Source: a virus
Taxonomy: Duplodnaviria; Heunggongvirae; Uroviricota; Caudoviricetes
DNA length: 21,524 nucleotides
Virus record (IMG/VR): IMGVR_UViG_3300042561_002062
Location: 1 to 21,524 of that record
Direction: 5' to 3' (one strand)
Under the pieces are notes generated by a model. It was not told the DNA's origin. It was given only the letters and a program-made list of their open reading frames with translations, and ran no database searches. The translations under genes were made by a program, and so were the position numbers. Below, one piece after another: positions 8,108 through 16,548 of the stretch; the stretch's first letter is position 1; each line of letters opens with the position of its first letter.

Positions 8108-9196
8108 CTAATCTCTTGATCTATATACAGGACTTGTTCTCGAAGGTGTATATGATGGTGTGTAGGTTCTAGGAGTTGAAGGCGTATAAGTTCTCGGTGT
8201 GTAGGTTCTAGGAGTTGAAGGGGTGTAGGTTCTTGGTGTATAAGTTCTCGGTGTCGAGGGTGTATATGATGGCGTATAAGACCTAGGTGTCGATGGAGTA
8301 TAAGAAGGCGTATATGTTCTTGGTGTTGATGGTGTATAAGACCTGGGTGTCGATGGAGTATATCTTCTTGGTGTAGATGGTGTATAAGAAGGCGTATAAG
8401 TTCTTGGAGTTCGTGGTGATGATGTAGTAGGTGCCTCTCTATGTGTTGGTCTAGACGTATATTCTCTTGATATTCTATTAGTAGCCGTATTTCTTGATTC
8501 TCTTTCTGTAGATCTAGAATAGCTTAAATTTCTATTAGTGTTTGTAGTAGTGGATGATCCTCTTCCAAAAAAACTTCGACGAGATGAAGACTCTGCTCTC
8601 CTTGGTGAGTTACCTTCCAAGGATCTACGGTATTGATACAGATTACGGCTAGATCCGAAAGTTGTTCTAGGACCTTGTCTATAAATAGAATTTTGACGAT
8701 AGATCGGGTTGTAGGCCCATCTCCAATCTCGATAGTAGGGGCCACAGAAATTTGGATATCCCCACCAGCCACCTGACCAACCCCACCAAGGGTTCGAATA
8801 GTAGTTCCAGTGCCAGGGATTAGACCAGCCGAAACTCCACGGATTATTGAAGTTCCAAAAATAATTACCTCTACCGTATCTAAAAAGAAAAGGATCCCAA
8901 TAGTAACCTAGACCAAAGTTCCAGTTATAGTAAAAGGGAAAATAATTATTTGTATAGATGTTTCTTACTCCTAGACCGACACCATCAGAAATACCATCTC
9001 TATAACCAAGAGAGTAGTTATCTGGTGTAGCTATTAAATTATTAGAAACTTGGACACTTTCTCTACTACCATCTTGATAATTACGATAAAGATCATCATG
9101 GTAACCATTAGTTCTCGCACTATCATAGTTTTTAAATGTGCAAGATGTAGTAAGAGTAAGAGAAAATAATAATATAAAAGATCCAAAATGTTTCAT
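8108..9196 (-). CDS. Predicted lipoprotein with Tyr/Trp/Gly-rich middle and Ser/Thr/Pro/Arg repeat tail
   Basis: Signal peptide II MKHFGSFILLFSLTLTTS-C19, DDLY motif, W/Y/G/N-rich segment and low-complexity C-terminus. Confidence 0.8.
   Translation of the reverse strand: MKHFGSFILLFSLTLTTSCTFKNYDSARTNGYHDDLYRNYQDGSRESVQVSNNLIATPDNYSLGYRDGISDGVGLGVRNIYTNNYFPFYYNWNFGLGYYWDPFLFRYGRGNYFWNFNNPWSFGWSNPWHWNYYSNPWWGWSGGWWGYPNFCGPYYRDWRWAYNPIYRQNSIYRQGPRTTFGSSRNLYQYRRSLEGNSPRRAESSSRRSFFGRGSSTTTNTNRNLSYSRSTERESRNTATNRISREYTSRPTHREAPTTSSPRTPRTYTPSYTPSTPRRYTPSTPRSYTPSTPRTYTPSYTPSTPRSYTPSYTPSTPRTYTPRTYTPSTPRTYTPRTYTPSTPRTYTPSYTPSRTSPVYRSRD
8141..8398 (-). repeat. Coding tandem repeat: 14 YTP units including 7 YTPSTPR
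   Basis: Counted from the translation; synonymous codons differ between units. Confidence 0.92.
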
Positions 9197-9233
9197 CTTT
9201 TTTTCTTTCTTTTATATATTATTTCTTAAAAGT

Positions 9234-10868
9234 TCATAAATTTAACTTTATAGTAGTAAAGGGATAGTTTCTAGCTAGATAAAACTTCTGTCGTTCTATA
9301 AAGTGACGATAAAGTATGTTATTCATTTTAGTACCATCAAATACATCAACTAGATCGAAAATAGTTGCTACTTTTTTCTGTTGATGTTTTCTAAGCGCAC
9401 GACCGATAGATTGTATAATGATTTGTTCGGATTTGAATGAATCAGCAAAAACTACATTAAAAATAGCAGTGATAGACACCCCAGTTGAGAGTGTTCCGAA
9501 AGAAGCAACTAAAATTTTTACCTTATCATTTGTTATTTCCATTTGTTTTTTGATCTCTTCTCGCCTTTTACCACCAACTTCACCATCGATATAGAAAAAT
9601 TCTTTATCTGGTAATTCTTTTGATAACTTCTCAAATATTCTTGTTCCATAATCAATATTATGAAAAAGAACGAGTGTATTATCTTGGCATTTATCAACTA
9701 GTTTTTTGATAAAGTCTAGACGCTTTTCTGAAGCTTGCATAGTATCTTTTTCTATCTGAAAAGCATCTCGACCAGCTCCTAACTTTTTGATTTCGTGAAG
9801 TCGTGTATTCAGTTCTGGATCCTGATGATTTAAGATAACACCTTTGATCTGCATTTGTGTGATAGCTCCTCTCTTTATAAGCTCATCGGCTTCGATTTGA
9901 GTAACTCTTGGACCTAAAACAGATTGTATAGTAAGAATCTCTAAACTATCATCCGAGGGAAATGTTCCAGATACACCAAACCTGTTATAGGCGTGACCGA
10001 AAGTTTTTTTAAGTATTGAAGTTAGTGTTTGGGCTTTGGTCATGTGAGCTTCATCGACTGCTACGGTATGAAACTGTGTGAAAAAACTTTTGGGCCATTT
10101 ATCAAGTGATTGATAAGTTCCGATGTAGATATTTGGTTGATCAACACCTTGCCATCTTCTAGGCCTATCGGACATGATCTCTTCCATTTTAATTTTAGCC
10201 GGAGAATAATCAGGTTCAAGTTCCTTGATAGGATCAATATTCCCACTACGAAAATCACAACGAGTTTCCCAGTTAGTTAGGTAGTTAAAACCATAGTTAT
10301 ACTCCATAATATTTTCATAAAACTGAGTTACCAGAGTTATCGTTGGAACAATAATCAGAAACTTTGCATCAGGGTTTATATTTTTCAAGATATAGAAAAT
10401 AATAATCGAAAGCACGAGAGATTTACCGCCAGAGGTAGCTATCTCAGCCATACAATACCTGTTCTTTAAGACTTTGAAAGCTGTTGCTACTTGATAATCG
10501 TAAGGTTGAAAATCGATCCATTGCTCATCTTTTGTTTTGGTCTGGTGATTTTTGAAGAACTCTTTACAGAAGTTTTCTACACTCTCTAGAGTAACATCAC
10601 GATTAAGTGGAAAATCTTCTTTATTCTCGATACCAAAACCAGTTCCGACCTCTTTTAGAGCTTTGAGGCATTCTTTCCAAAGACCTAGATTAACTTTCCC
10701 ATTATCGAAGTAGGATTGGTCTCCTCTCCAGATCCCCATTTTATAGGCAGGCATATACTGGTAACCTTTAACTTTTCTTGTTAGCCAAAGATTTAACTGG
10801 TGATACTCTGTTCTAGTAGAATCAGAAACTATCAATTTTTCTGAAGCCTTGTCGTAACGAAATTTCAA
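9234..10868 (-). CDS. uvsW: SF2 DNA helicase, T4 UvsW-like
   Basis: N-terminal GYQYMPAYKMGIWRG, YDYQ Q-motif, ATSGGKS, VPTITLV, VDEAH, SGT and QSIGRALR; TTG start. Confidence 0.88.
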   Translation of the reverse strand: MKFRYDKASEKLIVSDSTRTEYHQLNLWLTRKVKGYQYMPAYKMGIWRGDQSYFDNGKVNLGLWKECLKALKEVGTGFGIENKEDFPLNRDVTLESVENFCKEFFKNHQTKTKDEQWIDFQPYDYQVATAFKVLKNRYCMAEIATSGGKSLVLSIIIFYILKNINPDAKFLIIVPTITLVTQFYENIMEYNYGFNYLTNWETRCDFRSGNIDPIKELEPDYSPAKIKMEEIMSDRPRRWQGVDQPNIYIGTYQSLDKWPKSFFTQFHTVAVDEAHMTKAQTLTSILKKTFGHAYNRFGVSGTFPSDDSLEILTIQSVLGPRVTQIEADELIKRGAITQMQIKGVILNHQDPELNTRLHEIKKLGAGRDAFQIEKDTMQASEKRLDFIKKLVDKCQDNTLVLFHNIDYGTRIFEKLSKELPDKEFFYIDGEVGGKRREEIKKQMEITNDKVKILVASFGTLSTGVSITAIFNVVFADSFKSEQIIIQSIGRALRKHQQKKVATIFDLVDVFDGTKMNNILYRHFIERQKFYLARNYPFTTIKLNL

Positions 10869-10981
10869 TCCGTGAGATAATTTTAAGTTATATATGAAAA
10901 AAGTGATAAAGTGTTGCCTGAAAAAAACTTTGGATGAAAAAGGAATATATTATATATAAAAATAAAAAAAATAAACAACCT

Positions 10982-11326
10982 ATGAGTATTTTAAATTACT
11001 TTAAGAAAATGTTGGGTTTTCAAACTCAAGAAACTTCGCAAGAACTACCCACAGTAGAGACAGCTGTTGTAGCAGAAACTACAATAAATGTTCTTCCTTA
11101 TAAAGAAGAGAGAATTTACGAGATTAGTCCAGAACCTCTCAAAATGGAGGCAGAGCCAGCGGTTGTCAATCCACAGATTACCGATGCTGTAACTCAACAA
11201 GAGGCACCAAAAAAGAAAAAAGTAAAAAAGTCAAAACCTGTAACTGAAGAGAAAGTATCAGAAGCTAAACCAAAAGCAACTGTTGGTGAGATTAAGTCTG
11301 GGGCTAAAAAGACCGGTAAGAAATAA
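10982..11326 (+). CDS. Hypothetical low-complexity protein with Lys-rich tail
   Basis: ATG 10982 (MSILNYFKK) preferred over 10934 because the TATATATA motif and an A-rich leader lie between them. Confidence 0.7.
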   Translation: MSILNYFKKMLGFQTQETSQELPTVETAVVAETTINVLPYKEERIYEISPEPLKMEAEPAVVNPQITDAVTQQEAPKKKKVKKSKPVTEEKVSEAKPKATVGEIKSGAKKTGKK

Positions 11327-11371
11327 ATCTGTTGTTATATTTTGAACTAACTCAAAAAATAACTTAATGTT

Positions 11372-11503
11372 TTGAAATACGATTATATTGAGATAGGTAT
11401 CTCGAATACGGAAAATCTTTGCCAAAAATATCCAGATGGAATAGGAATAACCATAGAGCCACTGAAATTTTATTTTGATAGAATGAACTACACAACGACC
11501 TAA
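11372..11503 (+). pseudogene. Truncated N-terminal fragment of an FkbM-like SAM methyltransferase
   Basis: (L)KYDYIEIGISNTENLCQKYPDGIGITIEPLKFYFDRMNYTTT* has motif I (YIEIG) and the acidic end of strand 2 (IEP), then stops after 43 codons. Confidence 0.55.
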
Positions 11504-11517
11504 GATTGTTGTGTTTT
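11490..11517 (+). terminator. Possible intrinsic terminator hairpin
   Basis: ACACAACGA-CCTAAGA-TTGTTGTGT (9 bp, one G-U) followed by a short T run. Confidence 0.35.
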
Positions 11518-11743
11518 GGGCTTATCAAAGATCTTCTTTTTAGAGGTTTTTTATATCTTTTTCTATATTTTTCTGGTATTATTTGAGATTCACATACATG
11601 ATCTGAACTTTTTATATTATTTAGATACTATTTTAGAAATTTATTATAGAAGCTAAAGACTTCTGTTGTTTCTATGACCAGACATATAAATTTTCAACTC
11701 ACTTGAACTAAAATATAAAAAAAAAATATAATACTAATAATTT

Positions 11744-12679
11744 ATGAATATAAATAAAAAGTACCTCATAACAGGATCTGATGGATTAGTGGGTTCTGCT
11801 TTGAAAAGATTATTAGGACAAGGACATATTTTTCACGAAAAAAAAGAAATAGATCTATTGAATAGAGAAGAAACAAAAGAATATTTTCGATATCACTGCG
11901 AGAATAATGGAGTAAATGCTGTTATACACTGCGCCGCAAAAGTTGGAGGTGTTCAAGCCAACATGAACAACAACAAAGATTTTTTTTTACAAAATTTTAT
12001 TATAAACAACAATGTGGTAGAATCTCTCATAGAAAATGAAGTTCCTTTTTTTGTAAATCTTCTTTCGACTTGTATTTTTCCAGATAAAAATATTCTTTAT
12101 CCATTAACATCGGACCAAATCAATATGGGTGATCCTCATCCTTCTAACCACGGATATGCATTCGCAAAGAGACTTTCTGGTGATTTAACCAAAATGATAA
12201 GAAAAATTTATGGACACAACTGGATCTCAGTGGTTCCAACGAATGTTTATGGTGAATTCGACAATTTCAACTTAGAGAACGGTCACTTGGTACCCGCTAT
12301 AATCCATAGGTCTTTTTTATCCAAAACAAGTTCACAACCTATGATTTTGTGGGGGGATGGTAGCCCTCTCAGACAACTCATTTATTCGGAAGATTTAGCT
12401 AGATTGATAATCTGGGCTCTTGAAAATTGGAATGTAGACAAACCTTTTATGGCTGTAAACCCAAAAGAACATAGTGTTTTAGAAATAGCAACAATTATTT
12501 GCGAAAAAATGGAAATATTATCTAAAGATCTCATTCTAGACCCAAATAAACCAACAGGACAATTTAAGAAAACAGCATCCACCGATGCACCCACAGATTT
12601 CAAATTCACAGATTTGCACTTAGGGATAGAAAAAACTATAACTTGGTTTAAAAAAAATTATCCCAACATTAGATCATGA
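11744..12679 (+). CDS. fcl: GDP-L-fucose synthase family epimerase/reductase (Fcl/WcaG; ColC-like in this context)
   Basis: ITGSDGLVGSA, AAKVGGV, LSTCIFP, GYAFAKR (YxxxK), PTNVYGEFDNF, HLVPA and WGDGSPLRQ. Confidence 0.93.
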   Translation: MNINKKYLITGSDGLVGSALKRLLGQGHIFHEKKEIDLLNREETKEYFRYHCENNGVNAVIHCAAKVGGVQANMNNNKDFFLQNFIINNNVVESLIENEVPFFVNLLSTCIFPDKNILYPLTSDQINMGDPHPSNHGYAFAKRLSGDLTKMIRKIYGHNWISVVPTNVYGEFDNFNLENGHLVPAIIHRSFLSKTSSQPMILWGDGSPLRQLIYSEDLARLIIWALENWNVDKPFMAVNPKEHSVLEIATIICEKMEILSKDLILDPNKPTGQFKKTASTDAPTDFKFTDLHLGIEKTITWFKKNYPNIRS

Positions 12680-13830
12680 AAAAAATTACCTTAATTAAAG
12701 ATACAATAGATGAGCATGATATCGGAAATTTAATAAACTGGTTACAAAAAAATCCTAGATTGACCAAAGGTGATTATACTATTCAATTCGAACAAGAATG
12801 GTCAAAATGGTTAGGTGTAAAATTTTCAGTTTTCGTCAATTCAGGGTCATCAGCAAATTTAGCATCAATATATTCACTTTATTTATCTGGTAAATTAAAA
12901 AACAAAAAAGTGGTAATTCCTGCTGTGTCGTGGGCTACTACAGTTTCACCAATAATTCAACTAGGCCTGGATCCAATAATGTGTGATTGTGATAGAGAAA
13001 ATTTGGGTTTGGATATAAATTCACTACAAAAAATAATAGAATTTGAAGATCCTGGTGCTATAATACTAGTTCATGTTCTTGGAGTACCCAATAAAATGGA
13101 TGAAATAATAGATATATGTAAAAAAAATAATATTTTATTGGTAGAAGATACCTGCGAATCTATTGGTTCAATGTATAGAGGCAAAAAATTAGGAAATTTC
13201 GGGGATATTTCAACTTTTTCATTTTATTTTGGTCACCATATGTCAACAATAGAAGGTGGTATGATATCTACCGATAATGAGGAATTATACCATATTTTAT
13301 TATCTATAAGATCGCATGGATGGGATAGAGATTTACCAAAATCAAAACAAAAAGATCTCAGAAAAAAATATTCTATTGATGATTTTAGTGCACTTTATAC
13401 CTTTTATTACCCTGGTTTTAATATAAGATCTACGGATCTACAAGCTTTTATAGGCCTGGAACAACTAAAAAAAATCAACGATATAATAGATAAAAGAAAT
13501 AAAAATTATGAATTTTATCACAGTCAAATAAAAAATAATTTTTGGAAAATTGAACCGCCGAATGATTCTTTTATAAGCAACTTTGCCTATCCAATAATTT
13601 CACCAAGCAGATCTAATTTAATAAAAGAGTTAGAAAAAAACAATATTGAATGTAGACCACTCATTTGTGGTTCTATGTCAAAACAACCATTCTGGTATGA
13701 AAGATATGGTCAAGGTTCTTTCCCAAATAGTAATCTTGTGCATGAATTAGGAATTTACGTGCCAAACAACCATCAACTAGAAAGTGAGGAAATAAAATTA
13801 ATAGTAGAAGTAATTAATAAATCTATATGA
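12676..13830 (+). CDS. colD: GDP-4-keto-6-deoxy-D-mannose 3-dehydratase (ColD-type, DegT fold)
   Basis: VNSGSSANL, VSWATT, EDTCES, FSFYFGHHMSTIEGG (His in place of the Schiff-base Lys), RSHGW and PGFNIRST; sits between fcl-like and gmd. Confidence 0.82.
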   Translation: MKKITLIKDTIDEHDIGNLINWLQKNPRLTKGDYTIQFEQEWSKWLGVKFSVFVNSGSSANLASIYSLYLSGKLKNKKVVIPAVSWATTVSPIIQLGLDPIMCDCDRENLGLDINSLQKIIEFEDPGAIILVHVLGVPNKMDEIIDICKKNNILLVEDTCESIGSMYRGKKLGNFGDISTFSFYFGHHMSTIEGGMISTDNEELYHILLSIRSHGWDRDLPKSKQKDLRKKYSIDDFSALYTFYYPGFNIRSTDLQAFIGLEQLKKINDIIDKRNKNYEFYHSQIKNNFWKIEPPNDSFISNFAYPIISPSRSNLIKELEKNNIECRPLICGSMSKQPFWYERYGQGSFPNSNLVHELGIYVPNNHQLESEEIKLIVEVINKSI

Positions 13831-14819
13831 AAAAAGTATTAATAACTGGAATAAACGGCCAAGATGGATCTTATCTGGCGGAGTTTTTATTAGAAAAAAA
13901 TTATAAGGTCTTTGGAACTTTAAAACGTAATTCGGTATCAGAAAACCAAACATACAGAATAGAAAAAATACACGATAGTGTTAATCTCGATTATGCCGAT
14001 ATGACCGATCTATCCTCGTTGATAAGTGTTATAAAAAAAGTAAAACCAGACGAAATATATAATCTTGCGGCTCAGTCACATGTTCGTATATCATTCGACC
14101 AGCCAATTTATACAGCTAACGTAACGGCCATAGGTACTCTGAATTTGTTAGAAGCAGTGAAAATTATAGATACAAACATCAAAGTTTATCAAGCCTCTTC
14201 TTCTGAAATGTTTGGAAATAATATTGATCCTGATGGTTTTCAAAGAGAAACAACACCTATGAGTCCGGTCTCACCCTATGGATGTTCCAAAGTTTTTAGC
14301 TACAATATATGTAGAAATTATAGATATTCCTATGGTTTATTTGTATCTAATGGTATATTATTTAATCACGAATCACCCAGAAGAGGAACAAATTTCGTGA
14401 CTAACAAGGTATGTAAAGAAGCAGTAAGAATTAGTCTTGGATTATCTGAAAGACTAAAACTAGGTAATCTCGAGGCCACAAGAGATTGGGGACACGCAAA
14501 AGATTATGTTAAGGCTATGTGGCTTATTTTACAATTGAAAAAGCCAGATGATTTTGTGTGCTCAACAGGTTTATCACATTCAGTTAGAGATTTGTGTGAA
14601 TATGTTTTTTCTAAATTGAAATTAGATTACAAAAACCACGTAGAAATTGATCAAAAATTCTTGAGGCCAGAAGAACTGAACCATCTGAAAGGCGATAGTA
14701 GTAAACTCATTTCAGCTACCGGTTGGAAACCCGAATATAATTTTGAGAGTATGTTGGATGAAATGATTGAATATTGGTTAGGTTTTTACAATAAACAAAC
14801 AGATAAGAATATAGAATAA
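13827..14819 (+). CDS. gmd: GDP-mannose 4,6-dehydratase
   Basis: ITGINGQDGSYLAE, YNLAAQSHV, QASSSEMFG, SPYGCSK, GILFNHESPRRG and RDWGHAKDYV. Confidence 0.98.
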   Translation: MKKVLITGINGQDGSYLAEFLLEKNYKVFGTLKRNSVSENQTYRIEKIHDSVNLDYADMTDLSSLISVIKKVKPDEIYNLAAQSHVRISFDQPIYTANVTAIGTLNLLEAVKIIDTNIKVYQASSSEMFGNNIDPDGFQRETTPMSPVSPYGCSKVFSYNICRNYRYSYGLFVSNGILFNHESPRRGTNFVTNKVCKEAVRISLGLSERLKLGNLEATRDWGHAKDYVKAMWLILQLKKPDDFVCSTGLSHSVRDLCEYVFSKLKLDYKNHVEIDQKFLRPEELNHLKGDSSKLISATGWKPEYNFESMLDEMIEYWLGFYNKQTDKNIE

Positions 14820-14859
14820 TTTAAGTTCTTTAAATAGATATTAAAAATAAATTATCAAA

Positions 14860-15704
14860 ATGTCATACATAACAAAAACAAATTTAACTCTGAATGCTTT
14901 TTTCGGTTCGCAGATTACACAGTTTGCTGGTCTATATGCTGTTTCTAGACATTTAGGAATAGAAATAAAAATTTTTCGAGAATATATAAATACCATCTGG
15001 GACAATAAATGTTATCCTATTCAACTATTTAATGCCTTTGAATTAGATCATTATCTATGTTCAACCGAAGATGTCCAACCAATAGATAAAACTTATAATT
15101 TACAGAATACAATAAAAGATGATGATGTATTTAAATTGGATTCGAATTTTAATTGGGATATCCAGGGTTATTTTCATACATATCATTATTGGCATGAATA
15201 TAGGAATGATTTAATCAAAATATTGAATTTCAAAAAAGAAATTACAGAATTAGCAAAAAAAAAAATATCGAACTCATCAAAGGTAGTGATCAAATACCAA
15301 TAATATCACTACACGTTCGTAGAGGTGATTACCTACAACTTTCATCTTTGAATTTATCACTCAACTATTTCAAAAAATCCATATCTATTTTTTCAACTTT
15401 GTTTGAAAAATTTAAAATTGTTGTTTTTTCAGATGATATATCCTGGTGTAAGGATAATATCATTAGTGAACATATATACTTTTCAGAAAATAATTCAAAT
15501 CATGTAGATATGTGTATGATGACTATGTGCGATCATAATATTATAGCAAATAGCAGTTTTAGTTTTTGGGGCGCGTATTTGAATCAACATCAAAATAAGA
15601 TTGTAATTTGTCCTAAAATGTATATTGGTCTAAGTGACCAAATTCATCAATTTATTAATTATAACTGGTATCTGAAAGAATGGATTTCTTTAGATATAAT
15701 CTGA
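14860..15704 (+). pseudogene. GT11 alpha-1,2-fucosyl/colitosyltransferase, split by a frameshift in an A11 tract (phase-variable, recoded, or sequencing error)
   Basis: 5' ORF has FFGSQITQFA and IQGYF. The -1 frame after the A tract reads NIELIKGSDQIPIISLHVRRGDY...VFSDDISWCK...CDHNIIANSSFSFWGAYL. Adding one A gives a single 281-aa ORF. Confidence 0.9.
15255..15265 (+). repeat. Poly-A11 homopolymer at the GT11 frameshift
   Basis: GC-A11-TATCG; A12 or A9 restores the frame. Confidence 0.9.
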
Positions 15705-15721
15705 AAAGTAGTAGAATTATT

Positions 15722-16507
15722 CTATTTTTTCATAGAATGGTATACATTTTTTATACCTTGTTCTGTACCAACATATTCTAAAAGCATTTGAGGAACGCCA
15801 CAATACTTTTCTGCTACTCCATGTTGTTCAATTCTAATATTAACTTTGTGACTATCTAATTCATTAATTATATTTGCAATGTCTAATAAACTATACGATT
15901 TTTGATATGAACAATCTATTTCTTTTGGTGGATTTTCATTTTGAATATAATAATCAACCAATGAAACTAAATCTTTCATATAAAAGAAATCCATAAATTT
16001 ATCTTGGTGTATAATTATTTGCTCTTTATTTATGTATCGTTTTATATTTCCTTTAATAAATCGTGTATCTAACTCATTTTCATCAAACACAGCAAATATC
16101 CTAATATTGTAAAAATTTTCTTGCTCCAATATAGATTTAGCTATTACTCTTTTACTCAACCCATATGGAGATTCTGGTTGAGTTATTTCTGCACCCGAAC
16201 CAAAGTGGATTAATTTTCCAAATCTATCCCTACAATTGAGCAGGTTATAATACATTTGAAGGTTATTATCCATATCATTGGTAATATCCTCTTTAAGTCT
16301 ACTACCACCGCTTACAGCACAATGAATTACTACATCAAAATATTTGTGTTTTAGATATGAATCCAATACTTTAAAATGATTTAAATCAAAGTTATTTCTG
16401 GTTAGTGTGGTTATTTCATATGAATTTTTCAATGAATTATATAAACTTTTAGCTATATAACCATTACCACCTGTTATTAATACTTGTCGCTTATTTTCTA
16501 TTGGCAT
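15722..16507 (-). CDS. NAD-dependent epimerase/dehydratase/reductase (extended SDR)
   Basis: VLITGGNGYIA, VIHCA, FGSGAE, PYGLSK and DFFYMKDL. Confidence 0.9.
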   Translation of the reverse strand: MPIENKRQVLITGGNGYIAKSLYNSLKNSYEITTLTRNNFDLNHFKVLDSYLKHKYFDVVIHCAVSGGSRLKEDITNDMDNNLQMYYNLLNCRDRFGKLIHFGSGAEITQPESPYGLSKRVIAKSILEQENFYNIRIFAVFDENELDTRFIKGNIKRYINKEQIIIHQDKFMDFFYMKDLVSLVDYYIQNENPPKEIDCSYQKSYSLLDIANIINELDSHKVNIRIEQHGVAEKYCGVPQMLLEYVGTEQGIKNVYHSMKK

Positions 16508-16548
16508 ATATTAGATTATATATGTAATAAACTCTTTTATTTTTTTGT

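Noticed and set aside
8141-8398. Possible CRISPR array or non-coding repeat
   Set aside because: There are no constant repeats with unique spacers; unit lengths are multiples of 3 and vary at synonymous positions within a CDS.
11504-11656. In-frame continuation after the TAA of the FkbM-like stub (…LSKIFFLEVFYIFFYIFLVLFEIH…)
   Set aside because: Phe/Ile/Tyr richness is expected from T-rich DNA and it does not resemble the rest of a methyltransferase, so neither readthrough nor a separate gene is supported.
12676-13830. Perosamine synthase or Fe-S-dependent E1 (DdhC/SpnQ) assignment, with the ferredoxin as partner
   Set aside because: It lacks the Schiff-base Lys needed for an aminotransferase and lacks the Cys cluster after the (H/W)G segment that binds [2Fe-2S] in E1-type enzymes; ColD type fits best.
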